Shown piece after piece: positions 27,443-38,866 of a DNA stretch of 64,000 nt. Under the pieces are notes generated by a model. It saw nothing but the letters and a program-made list of their open reading frames with translations. It searched no databases and was not told the origin of the DNA. The DNA is from Thermodesulfobacteriota bacterium (GTDB lineage: Bacteria > Desulfobacterota > Desulfarculia > JACQYL01). The DNA lies in assembly GCA_963675595.2 (NCBI GenBank), contig CAXXLZ010000002.1, positions 2,688,001-2,752,000 on the forward strand. The letters run 5' to 3'. Both the position numbers and the translations under genes were made by a program. Every line of letters starts with the position of its first letter. Position 1 is the stretch's first letter.

Positions 27443-29251
27443 GTGAGTCTCCGGACCAAGATCGTCCTCTCTTATCTGATCCTATTCGGCACGATTCTAC
27501 TGATAGCTACCTTTTATACCACCCGGTTGCTCAGGCAGAATCTCGTTGACCGACTGCAGGCCCGTATTGCCGAAGACGCCGATCTACTTGGAAACGTCCT
27601 TGACTCCAAGCTGCTTCACGGCTCCCGGATCGACGAGACCATCAAGGAATTGGGCCGAGACCTCAGCGTCAAACTCACGGTTTTTGATCCCCAGGGAACG
27701 GCGGTCGCAGACTCCGAAACTCCGGCTGAAAATATACCGTATCGGGTCACACCGGAGGAGTATCCCGAAGTATTCCAAGCCGCCGAATCCGGATTCGCCG
27801 GCAGCCGCCGGAGGTCCGCCGGCACGGGAATTGAGTGGCTGTCCGTAGCGAAGCGAATTGAAGTCCCATGGGAAACGCAAGGCTGGATGATTCTTCGCAT
27901 TTCGTCATCTTTGGACGAAGTCAACGACGAAATCACCGAAATGCTCTGGATTCTATACGGCTCCGACCTCGTTACCTTCCTCCTCCTCGTGTTCAGCAGT
28001 CTTTGGTTGGGAGGTCGAATTACCGGTCCGTTGACCAACATGACTCGTATGGCCCAACGCATGGCCGAGGGCGATTTCAGATTCCGAATCCACCATTACC
28101 CCCACGATGAAATCGGGGCTCTGGGCCGGTCCATGGATCGGATGGCCATGCAGTTGGAAAGCACCATCCAGCAGCTTAATGAGGAAACGAGCCAGCTTAG
28201 CTCCGTTTTCCGGGGAATGATCGAAGGCGTCATGGTGGTCAGCAAGGACGGCGAGATTATCATGGTCAACGAAACCCTCAAACGTTTTTTCCCTCAGGCA
28301 CACGATTTCACCGGCATGATGCCCCTCGCCGCGATCCGTAACACACAGATCACTGAAGGGATCCGTGAAGCGCTCAACGGCAAGGAAGTATTCGACCGGG
28401 AAATTACCAGGGGAAGTCCGCGAAACGAGTGTTTCCGAGCCAACATCGTTCCTTTGAGGGTCGACGGGGAAGTCAACGGGTGCATTGTGGTGTTCCATGA
28501 CGTCACCAGACTGAAAAGACTCGAGGAAGTCAGAAAAGACTTCGTGGCGAACGTTTCTCATGAAATCCGCACCCCCCTCACCACCATCAAGGGCTACGCT
28601 GAAACACTTCTTGAAGACCCGCCCGAAGACGTCAATGATCAGCGCAGGTTTCTGTCCCTGATCCTGAAGCATTCGAACCGGCTCTCCAGCCTTACCGAGG
28701 ACCTCCTCAAGCTGTCCGCCATCGACGCCGAACGATGGGAAGTCCACCGTGCCTATATTGAAGTGAATTCTCTGTTCCGCGGTCTCCAACAAAGCTTTTT
28801 CCGACAAGCCGAGGCCAAGTCCCTTTCTCTGACTTTCGACACCGAACCAAAGCCGCTCCGGCTCTATGTGGATTCCAGGTCTCTTAACCAAATCCTTTCA
28901 AACCTGGTGGAGAATGCGGTGAAGTACACGCAGGAGGGGGGAGAGATCACGGTAAGAGCAAAAGAAGAGCCCGATTCCATCCATTTCTTCGTCCGAGATA
29001 CCGGAATTGGGATTCCTCAACGAGATTTGGAGCGAATTTTTGAACGATTCTACCGAGTGGACAAGGAGCGGTCCCGGGATATCGGAGGCACTGGATTAGG
29101 CCTGGCGATCGTAAAAAATTTGGTGCAGGCCGAAGGAGGAAAGGTCTGGGCCGAAAGCAGGCTCGGTAAGGGCACCACATTTCATGTGTCCTTCCCCAAG
29201 CGAAAAGACGCCGGGCAAGAGGCCCCCTTTGAGGGCGCCCAACCAAGCTGA
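27443..29251 (+). CDS. phoR: Sensor histidine kinase PhoR (HAMP-PAS-HisKA-HATPase)
   Basis: [41 protein letters not shown]. Confidence 0.9.
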   Translation: MSLRTKIVLSYLILFGTILLIATFYTTRLLRQNLVDRLQARIAEDADLLGNVLDSKLLHGSRIDETIKELGRDLSVKLTVFDPQGTAVADSETPAENIPYRVTPEEYPEVFQAAESGFAGSRRRSAGTGIEWLSVAKRIEVPWETQGWMILRISSSLDEVNDEITEMLWILYGSDLVTFLLLVFSSLWLGGRITGPLTNMTRMAQRMAEGDFRFRIHHYPHDEIGALGRSMDRMAMQLESTIQQLNEETSQLSSVFRGMIEGVMVVSKDGEIIMVNETLKRFFPQAHDFTGMMPLAAIRNTQITEGIREALNGKEVFDREITRGSPRNECFRANIVPLRVDGEVNGCIVVFHDVTRLKRLEEVRKDFVANVSHEIRTPLTTIKGYAETLLEDPPEDVNDQRRFLSLILKHSNRLSSLTEDLLKLSAIDAERWEVHRAYIEVNSLFRGLQQSFFRQAEAKSLSLTFDTEPKPLRLYVDSRSLNQILSNLVENAVKYTQEGGEITVRAKEEPDSIHFFVRDTGIGIPQRDLERIFERFYRVDKERSRDIGGTGLGLAIVKNLVQAEGGKVWAESRLGKGTTFHVSFPKRKDAGQEAPFEGAQPS

Positions 29252-29318
29252 CTTCCATTCCATTTTGGCTGAAATAACGGACCCCAAAAACCCCGGTATC
29301 AGACCGACGAGAGATCAA

Positions 29319-30083
29319 ATGAAACCCCCGCGCATAAAAATGGTCGCCAGAAACGTGAATTTTTACTATGCCGATTTTCCGGCATTGAAGAACATTCAGC
29401 TCGAAATGAGAGATCGGCGGGTAACCGCCCTCATCGGCCCCTCGGGTTGCGGAAAAAGCACGTTCCTTAGATGCTTGAACCGAATGAACGAGACCATTCC
29501 CGGTGCGCGCATCGAAGGGGAAGTTCTTCTGGACCAGACCCCCATATACGATCCCCGAGTGGATGTTGTAGAAATCCGGCGAAGGGTGGGGATGGTCTTT
29601 CAGAAACCCAACCCGTTTCCCAAGAGCATCTTCGAGAACGTCGCGTACGGTCTACGGGTGAACGGCGTCAAGGACAAGCGCACTCTCGCGGAACGAGTCG
29701 AGGCAAGCCTAAGGGACGCGGCCATCTTCGAAGAGGTCAAGGACCGCCTGCACCAATCGGCCATGGGCTTGTCCGGCGGGCAGCAACAACGATTGTGTAT
29801 CGCTCGGGCGTTGGCCATCAAACCGGAAGTTCTGCTCATGGACGAACCCGCCTCCGCCCTGGACCCCATCGCAACCCAGAAGATTGAAGAGCTCATCGAA
29901 CGGTTGAAAGAGAAATATTGCATCGTCATTGTAACCCATAACATGCAGCAGGCCGCCAGGGTTTCCGACTATACCGCCTTCTTCTACATGGGAGAACTCG
30001 TTGAAGTGGACGATACGAACGTGCTTTTCACCAGGCCTAAGAAGGAACAGACGGAGAATTACATCACGGGCAGATTCGGTTAA
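29319..30083 (+). CDS. pstB: Phosphate ABC transporter ATPase
   Basis: [37 protein letters not shown]. Confidence 0.96.
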   Translation: MKPPRIKMVARNVNFYYADFPALKNIQLEMRDRRVTALIGPSGCGKSTFLRCLNRMNETIPGARIEGEVLLDQTPIYDPRVDVVEIRRRVGMVFQKPNPFPKSIFENVAYGLRVNGVKDKRTLAERVEASLRDAAIFEEVKDRLHQSAMGLSGGQQQRLCIARALAIKPEVLLMDEPASALDPIATQKIEELIERLKEKYCIVIVTHNMQQAARVSDYTAFFYMGELVEVDDTNVLFTRPKKEQTENYITGRFG

Positions 30084-30092
30084 GGAGACGAC

Positions 30093-30773
30093 ATGACGGG
30101 CGAGTCTCAGTTTCACAAGAAGCTCAAAGACCTTCAAATGAACCTTTTAGAGATGGCCACTCTTGCGGAGGAAGCCCTCAAAAACGCGGTGGATGCGCTG
30201 GTCCTCAGACGGTCCGACCTTGCGGCCGCGGTCATCGACGGCGACGATGCAATCAATGATCTCGAGATCTACATAGACGAACAATGTCTGAACCTTCTGG
30301 CCCTTCGCCAGCCCATGGCCATCGACCTCAGACTGGTCACCTCGGTGATGCGGATCAATGCCGATCTCGAGAGGGTCGGTGATCTGGCCGTGAATATCGC
30401 CGAGAACGCCGTGGATCTCAACGAGCGAGCGCTGCTCCCTTTTAAGGTCGACATCGAACCCTTGGGACGCGTTGCCTTGTCCATGCTCCAAGACAGCATC
30501 ACCTCTTTTGTCAACAAGGACGTCGAACTCGCCAAGAACGTCTGCGGCAGAGACGACGAAGCGGATGACCTGGCCAAAGGAATCGTTCAGGAACTCCTCG
30601 AACACATGGTCAAAGACGCCCCGGCCATTCGCAGGGCGGTGAGCTACATCGTAGTGGATCGCTGTCTCGAACGGGTTGCCGACCTTGCCACCAACATCAG
30701 TGAAGCCGCCATCATGTACGTGGAAGGGAAGAACATCAAACACCACCAGTACGAGGGATCACAGCTCGGTTGA
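30093..30773 (+). CDS. phoU: Phosphate signalling protein PhoU
   Basis: QPMAIDLR, DLERVGDLAVNI, LERVADLATNI. Confidence 0.95.
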   Translation: MTGESQFHKKLKDLQMNLLEMATLAEEALKNAVDALVLRRSDLAAAVIDGDDAINDLEIYIDEQCLNLLALRQPMAIDLRLVTSVMRINADLERVGDLAVNIAENAVDLNERALLPFKVDIEPLGRVALSMLQDSITSFVNKDVELAKNVCGRDDEADDLAKGIVQELLEHMVKDAPAIRRAVSYIVVDRCLERVADLATNISEAAIMYVEGKNIKHHQYEGSQLG

Positions 30774-30985
30774 GGCTTCCCCGACGAATCTTCGATTTCC
30801 TCGCCTTTTGACGCTCCGAGCAGGACGGACCATGTCGACTGTCACGCAACGCCCCCTCACTTTCATTCCCTGGGTCGACGCCTTCGATCCGTCGCTTCCG
30901 GCCGGCCGAACGCCCTCATCCACCGCCCAAAGGAATGCGGGCCGAACCGGCCCATTCCGGGCCTGCGCCCGCAGTCCTCGTTCCC

Positions 30986-31023
30986 GTCACTTAACTGGCC
31001 ATTTTTTGTCACGTTTTCGTAAA
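30986..31023 (+). promoter_or_regulatory. Pho box array upstream of the porin gene
   Basis: GTCAC (30986), GTCAC (31008), GTAAA (31019) on an 11-bp register. Confidence 0.65.
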
Positions 31024-31139
31024 ACTCTAATCGATATTTAACTTGAGATGTAACCCCGCTTACGATATATGTCGCGCCGTGGAGCGCTGGGATGGAGTTT
31101 TTGGCTTACTCAGCACGCAACAAAGGAGAAGAGAACACT

Positions 31140-32303
31140 ATGAAGAAATTGACATTTGGTTTGGCCATACTGCTGACCGTCGCCTTCATGGGCTGGTCCC
31201 ATGCGAATGCGGCGGAGCGGTCTCTGGCGGACATCTTGAAGGAAAAGGGTGTCATCACCGCAGACGAGGCATCGGAGGCCAAAGTGGCCGCTCCCGAGGC
31301 CAAGCTGCCCAAGTGGGTGGAAAGCTGGGCCTTCAAAGGCGATCTGCGACTCCGTTACCAGGGTCAGGATCGGGAAGGCTCCACCTCCCGTCACCGTTAC
31401 CGCATGCGCTTCCGCGTGGGTGCCACCGCGGACATCACGGATACCTTCTCGGTGGGCTTCCGCCTGGCCAGTGGTTCCGACGATCCTCGATCCACCAACC
31501 AGACCTTTACGGACACCTTCAGCACCAAGCAGTTCAACCTCGATAAGGCTTATGTGACCTGGAAGCCGGTAAAGCAATTCAGCCTCACCGGCGGTAAAAT
31601 GGGCAACCCCATCTGGAAAACCGCCGACCTGCTCTGGGACGGCGACATCACTCCCGAAGGCGTGGCAGCCAAGGTTTGTTTCGGACCCGTGTTCATCAAC
31701 GCCGGTTGGTTCTTCCTCGAAGAACTCAGCAAAGACAGCAACGATCCCATGATGGGCTTCGCCCAAGTGGGAGCCCAGATGGATTCCGGCCCCATGGACT
31801 TCGCCGCGGCCGCTACCGGATACGTATTCAAGGACATCAAGGAAGCCCCCTTGGATCATTCCGCGGGCACCAACACCACCAACGACGAAGGTGCCCGGAT
31901 CTACGAGTACAATTCCGTGGCCGGCGATGCGGAAATCGGCTTCTCCCTGAGCAACGGCCTCCGCTTGGCCGCCCTCGGCCAAGTGATCTACAACTTCGAT
32001 CCCGACAACGACGAGTTTGGTTGGCTCGCCGGCGCCAAGTTCGGATCCAAGAAGATCAAGAAGTTGGGTAACTGGCAGGTGGTCTATATGTATCGCTACC
32101 TGGAAAAGGACGCTTGGCTGGATACCTTCCCGGATTCGGATGCCTTCGGCGGCTACACCGGAGTCAAGGGGCACGAGGTCATCCTCACGACGGGGCTTGC
32201 CCGCAATGTGACGGTGGCCGTTGACTACTACTACATGAAAGAAATCAACAACACGGACATCGACGAACACACGGTCTTCGTCGACTTCGTCTTCAAATTC
32301 TAA
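31140..32303 (+). CDS. Putative outer-membrane porin, probably induced by phosphate starvation
   Basis: Signal peptide; LKEKGVIT; GDLRLRY beta-strands; C-terminal DFVFKF (BamA signal). Confidence 0.85.
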   Translation: MKKLTFGLAILLTVAFMGWSHANAAERSLADILKEKGVITADEASEAKVAAPEAKLPKWVESWAFKGDLRLRYQGQDREGSTSRHRYRMRFRVGATADITDTFSVGFRLASGSDDPRSTNQTFTDTFSTKQFNLDKAYVTWKPVKQFSLTGGKMGNPIWKTADLLWDGDITPEGVAAKVCFGPVFINAGWFFLEELSKDSNDPMMGFAQVGAQMDSGPMDFAAAATGYVFKDIKEAPLDHSAGTNTTNDEGARIYEYNSVAGDAEIGFSLSNGLRLAALGQVIYNFDPDNDEFGWLAGAKFGSKKIKKLGNWQVVYMYRYLEKDAWLDTFPDSDAFGGYTGVKGHEVILTTGLARNVTVAVDYYYMKEINNTDIDEHTVFVDFVFKF

Positions 32304-32315
32304 GGGTTCGATCCA

Positions 32316-32348
32316 CAGGCGGGGCCGGCGACATCCCCGCCTGATTTT
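32316..32348 (+). terminator. Rho-independent terminator after the porin gene
   Basis: CAGGCGGGG...CCCCGCCTG-ATTTT. Confidence 0.65.
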
Positions 32349-32614
32349 GTGGCTCGTTTATCAAGGAATTCCAACCCGGTGGGCCTACGCCACCGGATTG
32401 AAGGATGCTGCGCCAATCCCCACGGCCCAAGCCGGCGGAACACTTCTTCCGGTGAGGTCGCGGCTCCACTCAAAAAACGAGGTCCGCTCTCTTATTCGAG
32501 AGTCGGACCTCGTTTTTCCGTCATTGCCGCGCCGCCTCAATCAAGGAACAGTTCCCGAACCTGCGCCTTTTCAGTCTCCCAAGGGCGATCATCCGGCGAG
32601 CCGGCCCGGATCAC

Positions 32615-33238
32615 TTACCAGAGAATCGCTTCCGGAGCGGCGTCACCTTCGTAGTAAGCCCCTTCCCGGCAAGCCACGCATCGATCCCCGTCATGTTCAG
32701 GATAGCACTCCCCGCACATGGGACAAACCGCAACTACTCCCTTCTTTCCCGGGCCGAGATTGTCCGCAACTTTGACCCTCAAGGCCGAAAGCATGCCTCG
32801 CCCCGCCCGCAGCATGGCTGGAAGCAGGACCTCCAGAGGGAGTTCCTTCTTGGGAACCCGTTTCAGAAACCAGTTCCAGATCTCCGGATATCGCTCCAGC
32901 TTGCCCATGTCCACCCATACCCGGACGCCTACACGGTCTTCGATGTTGTACAACGTAACGGCATATCGCCCGTAGTCCGTCACCGCGAGCCAGTTATTCC
33001 CCACGGTACACGGCGTAAATATCTGCACGGCGTCGGGAAGGCAGTAGCGTGATTCCGCCACGACATTGTAGAGAACTCCCTCCCCGATCAGCTCTTGAGC
33101 GAGATCAATCATCAAGCCGCCCAACACGATGCCCGGAGCGATACCTCCGTGAAACTCCTCGATTTTCCGGAGCGCCTCTTTTATGGGTATCCGGCTGATC
33201 TTCACATTTTCAAATTCGTCGATCACGTCGTTCCGCAT
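32615..33238 (-). CDS. FmdE-family protein with C-terminal zinc finger
   Basis: FHGGIAPG, CLPDAVQIFTPCTVGN, CPMCGE...CVAC. Confidence 0.85.
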   Translation of the reverse strand: MRNDVIDEFENVKISRIPIKEALRKIEEFHGGIAPGIVLGGLMIDLAQELIGEGVLYNVVAESRYCLPDAVQIFTPCTVGNNWLAVTDYGRYAVTLYNIEDRVGVRVWVDMGKLERYPEIWNWFLKRVPKKELPLEVLLPAMLRAGRGMLSALRVKVADNLGPGKKGVVAVCPMCGECYPEHDGDRCVACREGAYYEGDAAPEAILW

Positions 33239-33593
33239 GAATCCTCTCTCCAAAATAAACCTTAAGTCATTCCGCGGCGGCTCTTCATTCCAAGGATGCA
33301 GAAAAATGCACGAGCCGGCATCCGGGGCCGAGTCTAAAACGGCGTAGTAAGCTTTTCAACTTTTTTGGATGATCGGGTTGCGCAATATACTCCGGGCACC
33401 AAGCGCCTCCAATCACCAAAGGATTGGATTCTGCATCCCATTTATCCAACCTGCAATGCGGAATGCAACAGCAATGCTCCGCCTTCCGGTCCCCATCAAG
33501 CTCATACGGTGACCATTAAGGCAGGGAAGAACGATTCTTCAAGTTCGGCGGCCGGCATGGAAGATGCTACTGGGACGGACGGAGGATCTTTCG

Positions 33594-34004
33594 ATGCTTG
33601 CCGTGCCGGAACACCAGGGCCGCGTCTCACCGGTCTTCGATACTTGCAGGACGATTTGGGTTTTCGATCTCCGAGACGGCGGAACCCTTCCTCAGCGGAA
33701 AAAATCTTGTGAAAGCCTAAACGAAGAGGGCCGCCCTAAGCTGCTCAAGGAACTCGGCGTAAGCCTTCTCATATGCGGAGCCATCAGTGGATGGATGATT
33801 GTCCAGCTCGAAGGACTCGGAATCCGAGTGATCCCATGGCGTTCAGGCGAAGTGCGGGAAGTGGTGAAGGCTTTTCTCTCCGGTTGCCTGGAAGAGGACC
33901 GATTCGCCATGCCCGGTTGCCATCGAAGGCGGCAGTGCAAACAACGAGTACAAGGGACAAAGAATATTCAGGGTTCGGACCAGGAAGACCCGTTCGAGAA
34001 CTGA
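33594..34004 (+). CDS. NifB/NifX-family (FeMo-co binding fold) small protein
   Basis: RVSPVFD, LLICGAIS, FAMPGC. Confidence 0.8.
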   Translation: MLAVPEHQGRVSPVFDTCRTIWVFDLRDGGTLPQRKKSCESLNEEGRPKLLKELGVSLLICGAISGWMIVQLEGLGIRVIPWRSGEVREVVKAFLSGCLEEDRFAMPGCHRRRQCKQRVQGTKNIQGSDQEDPFEN

Positions 34005-34342
34005 ACGGGATGTCGCCTTCCCCGCCGCACGGATCATTTCCGCACATCCAAGATTCTTTTCTGATACGTTCGACGCCTGGAGGTTGAAACGGTCCCGTCC
34101 GACACGGTCTTCGCCCATCTCGAATGAGATGCAGGATGCGTTGACCGCCTTTCGTAAATCTTCCATCCACTGTTCTCTTCCGCGGCGCGTCTTCCCTGAA
34201 TGTTTTGCCTCTTCCAGGTAAGCGGACCACGGCTCCCCCGGGACACGGGTTGCCAGACGCCGAACGGATGATTAAAGAAGGACCCATGTTTCTTGTTTCC
34301 CCAATTGCTCGATTCCAACTGAACATATAGGAGGATAAATCA

Positions 34343-35218
34343 GTGACGGCTCAAGCGGAAGGGTGTTCACACGCCGGTGCGACCACAACGAACGACGATG
34401 ATGAGTTGAAAGCGCAGCTTGATCGTATCCGATACAAGCTGCTGGTAATGAGCGGCAAGGGCGGCGTTGGAAAAAGCAGCGTCGCGGCCTACCTCGCCGT
34501 GTCCCTGGCTCGCAAGGGATACCGGGTCGGCTTGATGGACGTGGATCTGCACGGGCCCAGCATACCGAGAATCCTGGGATTGACCGAACAACTGCAGGTG
34601 GGCGATTCGAAAAAAGGCATACCCGTCGAATTCAGCCAAAACCTTCACGTGGTTTCCATCGACAGCCTCATAGCGGATCGGGATTCCGCGATCATTTGGA
34701 GAGGCCCTCTCAAAATCGGTGTGATCAAACAATTCATCACGGACATTGAATGGGAGCCTTTGGATTTCCTAGTGGTCGATTCTCCTCCCGGGACCGGAGA
34801 TGAACCTCTGACCGTCGCTCAAACCATACCCGACGCTCAGGCGATCATTGTAACCACTCCTCAGGAAGTCTCACTTGCGGATGTACGTAAGTCCATTAAT
34901 TTCTGCAAGCAGGTCAACATGAAAATCCTTGGCGTGGTGGAAAACATGAGCGGACTCATCTGTCCCCATTGTTCCAAGGAAATCCAGCTGTTCAGTAAAG
35001 GCGGCGGCGAACGCACCGCCTTGGCATCCGGCCTTCCGTTCCTGGGTCGCCTGCCTCTGGAACCCAGCCTCGTGGTTGCGGGAGACACCGGATTGAGCAT
35101 GTTCTTGTCCGACATGAATCTGCCTTACTCCCGAGAATTTTCTCTCTTTGTGGACAAGGTGGAGGAAGGAAGTAAGACGGCCTCTTCCCCGCAGGCGGGA
35201 GAGGCTTCGCAAGACTGA
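34343..35218 (+). CDS. Mrp/NBP35 Fe-S carrier ATPase
   Basis: SGKGGVGKS, DVDLHGPS, WRGP, DSPPGTGD, ENMSGLICPHC. Confidence 0.93.
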   Translation: MTAQAEGCSHAGATTTNDDDELKAQLDRIRYKLLVMSGKGGVGKSSVAAYLAVSLARKGYRVGLMDVDLHGPSIPRILGLTEQLQVGDSKKGIPVEFSQNLHVVSIDSLIADRDSAIIWRGPLKIGVIKQFITDIEWEPLDFLVVDSPPGTGDEPLTVAQTIPDAQAIIVTTPQEVSLADVRKSINFCKQVNMKILGVVENMSGLICPHCSKEIQLFSKGGGERTALASGLPFLGRLPLEPSLVVAGDTGLSMFLSDMNLPYSREFSLFVDKVEEGSKTASSPQAGEASQD

Positions 35219-35477
35219 ACAAAGCCTCGCACGGCCCGTTCTTTCGGGCGGATGAATCTTCTTCGACATACTGCGCGGGAACGGCATTCGCCTGTTCCCG
35301 CGATGTGTTTTTCCCGCTTTCCCCTGCACAGTCCGCAAGGCCGGTTGCGAGTTTCCGCTACATGCCGCGATGCCGCCATTCTCGGCTCCGTACCGGCCTT
35401 CTTGCGCATCCTCTGGAAGAGCTTACCAGGGTATGATAGACTTTCTCCGAAGTTGATCACCCCTTCAAGGCGAGTGC

Positions 35478-36458
35478 ATGGCGGAAACAATCCTCCGACT
35501 GGAAAATATTGTAACGATCTTCGACACGGACCACGGACCACTGCGTGCCGTTGACGGAGTCTCTTTCGAAATAGAGACCGGAAGTACCGTTTGTGTGGTG
35601 GGAGAAAGCGGTTGCGGCAAGAGCGCCACCGCCTTGTCCGTGCTGCGTCTGGTCCCTCCCAATATCGGACGCATTGCGCAAGGGAGCATCTTTTTCCGCG
35701 AACGAAATTTGCTGGACCTTTCGGAAGCCGAAATGCGCGCCGTTCGTGGAAACCACATCTCCATGATCTTCCAGGAGCCCATGACCTCGTTGAACCCCGT
35801 ATTCACCGTGGGAGACCAGATCGGGGAGATGTACCGTACACACCTAGGCATGACGACTTCAGAGGCCTTGGCCAAGGCCTCTGAAGTTATGAATCTAGTG
35901 GGAATTCCCGATCCACATGTAAGAATTCGAGAGTATCCTCATCAAATGAGCGGGGGCATGCGACAAAGGGTCATCATCGCCATGGCCGTTGCGTGCGAAC
36001 CCGATCTAATGATAGCGGATGAGCCCACTACCGCACTGGACGCCACCATTCAGGCCCAGATACTTGCATTGATGAACGACCTGAAGGCCAAGAAGCGGAC
36101 CTCGATGCTGTTCATCACTCACAACCTCGCCGTGGTGCGGGAAATGGCCGATAGGGTAATCGTCATGTACGCCGGCCGGGTTTTCGAGACCGCCGACGCA
36201 GATGACTTCTTCGCCGGTCCGCTTCATCCCTACACCGAGGGCTTGTTCCGCTCTGTTCCCGTGCTCGGCCGCAATAAACCGCTTGAGCCCATTCCCGGGA
36301 TTGTGCCGGACTATTTCCACCTACCCCGCGGGTGCACTTTTTCAGATCGATGCCCCTACGCGTTTGAGCCTTGTTCCACCGAAGAGCCTCCGCTTTTCGC
36401 TGAAGATCACGGGACACACCAAGTGAGGTGCTACAGATATGACCCCCGTTGGCGATGA
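35478..36458 (+). CDS. Oligopeptide/dipeptide ABC ATPase (OppD/DppD-like)
   Basis: GESGCGKS, FQEPMTSLNP, YPHQMSGGMRQR, HPYT, GC..RC..C..C. Confidence 0.93.
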   Translation: MAETILRLENIVTIFDTDHGPLRAVDGVSFEIETGSTVCVVGESGCGKSATALSVLRLVPPNIGRIAQGSIFFRERNLLDLSEAEMRAVRGNHISMIFQEPMTSLNPVFTVGDQIGEMYRTHLGMTTSEALAKASEVMNLVGIPDPHVRIREYPHQMSGGMRQRVIIAMAVACEPDLMIADEPTTALDATIQAQILALMNDLKAKKRTSMLFITHNLAVVREMADRVIVMYAGRVFETADADDFFAGPLHPYTEGLFRSVPVLGRNKPLEPIPGIVPDYFHLPRGCTFSDRCPYAFEPCSTEEPPLFAEDHGTHQVRCYRYDPRWR

Positions 36459-37458
36459 AGCCGGGAGGATCGGTCACAATGGGTCCGACTCGAAGTCTCC
36501 TCTCGCAGCCGTCAAAAACCTCCGCAAAGTCTATTCGGTGCAAAGAGGCTTCTTCGGTCGAAAGAGTCGATACCTGAGAGCGGTGGACGGTATCAGCCTG
36601 TCCGTCTTTCCCGGAGAAACCTTCGGTCTGGTCGGAGAAAGCGGGTGCGGGAAAAGCACCCTGGCACGCCTGATTCTGCGTTTGGAAGAACCCACCGGAG
36701 GCCAGGTACTGTTCCGCGGTCAAGACCTGGAAACTCTTTCGTCTCGGGAGCTCAGAGGTCTGCGTAAGCACATGCAAATGGTTTTCCAGGACCCCTACTC
36801 TTCTCTCAATCCCGCTAAACGCGTCGGATGGCTCATTGCCGAGCCCTTGGTGATTCACGGTGTTGGAAACGGCTCCGAAATCCACGATCGCGTGGGGTCC
36901 TTAATGGAAGAAGTGGGTCTTAATCCCAAGGATCGAAACCGCTTTCCCCACCAGTTCAGCGGGGGGCAAAGACAGCGGATCGGAATCGCGAGAGCACTGG
37001 CCCTGAACCCCGATCTCATCGTAGCGGACGAACCCGTATCCGCTCTGGATGTTTCCGTTCAGGCGCAAGTCTTGCGGCTTCTCGAGAATCTTCAGAAAAA
37101 GCACAATCTCACCTACCTGATTATCGCCCACGACTTGGGAGTTGTTCATTACATCAGCGACCGAATCGGAGTCATGTACTTGGGAACCCTCATGGATATC
37201 GCCTCAAAAGAGCAGTTTCTGAATCCTCCCTTTCACCCTTACACGGAAGCGCTCCTCAAAGCCGCTCCCCGGATCGAACGCACCGGGACGGAAAGCAAAT
37301 ACGCGCCGCTCCAAGGGGACGTCCCCAGTCCTCTTTCTCCACCTCCAGGCTGTCGTTTCCACACACGATGTCCCTATGCGGACATGGTTTGCCGAAAAGA
37401 ACCTCCTTTGCTTGAAGATAAGGGAAACGGTCATTTCATGGCTTGTCATTTTCGATAG
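36439..37458 (+). CDS. Oligopeptide/dipeptide ABC ATPase (OppF/DppF-like)
   Basis: FQDPYSSLNP, FSGGQRQRIGIAR, GCRFHTRCP, ACH. Confidence 0.93.
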   Translation: MTPVGDEAGRIGHNGSDSKSPLAAVKNLRKVYSVQRGFFGRKSRYLRAVDGISLSVFPGETFGLVGESGCGKSTLARLILRLEEPTGGQVLFRGQDLETLSSRELRGLRKHMQMVFQDPYSSLNPAKRVGWLIAEPLVIHGVGNGSEIHDRVGSLMEEVGLNPKDRNRFPHQFSGGQRQRIGIARALALNPDLIVADEPVSALDVSVQAQVLRLLENLQKKHNLTYLIIAHDLGVVHYISDRIGVMYLGTLMDIASKEQFLNPPFHPYTEALLKAAPRIERTGTESKYAPLQGDVPSPLSPPPGCRFHTRCPYADMVCRKEPPLLEDKGNGHFMACHFR

Positions 37459-37526
37459 CCGAAGCTTCGGCGGAAGACTCCCGTTGCTCTTCCCCACCCA
37501 TCTTTCTCAGGATAGAAAGGGCCGAT

Positions 37527-38126
37527 ATGAAAAAGTTCCTCAAAACGTTTTTCGGAATCACAGCTTGCTTGTCGCTGTTGGTGATCGCAGTGCCCGCCCC
37601 GGCCTCAGGTCCGGAAGACGCGCTGAAACTTTTTCTGGACGCCTCTCTTGCGGGAAAACCGCTTGATGCCTATCAGCATATCTCGTCCACGGATCGAAAA
37701 GTATACGGTTTCGACGAATACTTGGGGAATCGAAGCGGCGATATAGGCATCTTCCTCGAAATCGTGGGAAGTATGACCTCATATAACATCGAGGAATTGG
37801 AGGTGGACGGCGACATCGCCAAAGCGAACGTCAAGGTCGGCGTACCCGATCTCCCGGCCATGCTCACCGACTTGGCGGGAAAAACCTTGGCCGCGGCTCT
37901 CTTTTCCGAGGACGTGGACCGGATGGCAAGAAAGTGGCTCATCGAAAAGATTCGTGGAGAAGACGTACCTCGAATCACCGTGATGCGCCCCATGACGCTC
38001 ATCAGAGAACAAGGAGAGTGGCGGGTCTACCTGGGGTGGTCAAAAGACAAGGCGACCACCGACCAGACCGAACTCCTGCAAGACTTGCTCAAGACAATTC
38101 GCGAAATAGGCACGACTGCCCCTTGA
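37527..38126 (+). CDS. Exported hypothetical protein (NTF2-like ending LIREQGEWRV)
   Basis: Signal peptide; coding-like composition. Confidence 0.7.
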   Translation: MKKFLKTFFGITACLSLLVIAVPAPASGPEDALKLFLDASLAGKPLDAYQHISSTDRKVYGFDEYLGNRSGDIGIFLEIVGSMTSYNIEELEVDGDIAKANVKVGVPDLPAMLTDLAGKTLAAALFSEDVDRMARKWLIEKIRGEDVPRITVMRPMTLIREQGEWRVYLGWSKDKATTDQTELLQDLLKTIREIGTTAP

Positions 38127-38197
38127 CGCCGCGCGACTGAGCCGATAAGGTGCTTCGGCCCGCCCAGGGAGATTGGTATTGATGGAAGGAGTGAGAC

Positions 38198-38755
38198 TTG
38201 AAGGTTATCGAGACATCGATCGAAGGCGTCCTAATTCTTGAACCTCGTGTGTTTTCCGACGATAGAGGTTTTTTCATGGAGACATACCACGAGAAGCGAT
38301 ACCGTGACTCCGGAATCAGTTGCACCTTCGTTCAGGACAACCTCTCCTTCTCAAAGAAGGGAATATTAAGGGGCATGCACTACCAGTTGCACCAGCCGCA
38401 AACCAAACTCGTCCAAGTACCGGACGGAGCGATTCTGGACGTGGCGGTGGATATCAGAAGAGGTTCCCCGACGTTCGGAAACTGGGTGGGCGTTGAACTC
38501 ACCTCCGGGAACCACCGACAATTGCTGATTCCCCAAGGCTTTGCTCATGGTTTTCGCGTGCTCTCGGAAACCGCCGTGGTCATCTATAAGTGTTCCGACT
38601 TCTACGCGCCGGAAGACGAAGGCGGATTCCTGTGGTCGGATCCCGATGTCGGAATTTCCTGGCCGGCCGGCCTCCCGGAACTCTCGGACAAAGACGCCGC
38701 CTACCCCCGACTCGGAGACATTCCGGACCATCGCCTCCCATCCGTCGGTAAATGA
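38198..38755 (+). CDS. rfbC: dTDP-4-dehydrorhamnose 3,5-epimerase
   Basis: DDRGFFMET, QDNLS, LRGMHYQ, GFAHGF, LSDKD. Confidence 0.95.
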   Translation: MKVIETSIEGVLILEPRVFSDDRGFFMETYHEKRYRDSGISCTFVQDNLSFSKKGILRGMHYQLHQPQTKLVQVPDGAILDVAVDIRRGSPTFGNWVGVELTSGNHRQLLIPQGFAHGFRVLSETAVVIYKCSDFYAPEDEGGFLWSDPDVGISWPAGLPELSDKDAAYPRLGDIPDHRLPSVGK

Positions 38756-38866
38756 ATCGGCGCCCGTCCGCGGGTCCATCAGGGGATGTGCAAAATACCC
38801 GTGGGTCCCCGGTCCGGACAAGCACCGTGAGTCAACCTTCTCGAAGGCTTTTCCGGACGCCCCAAG

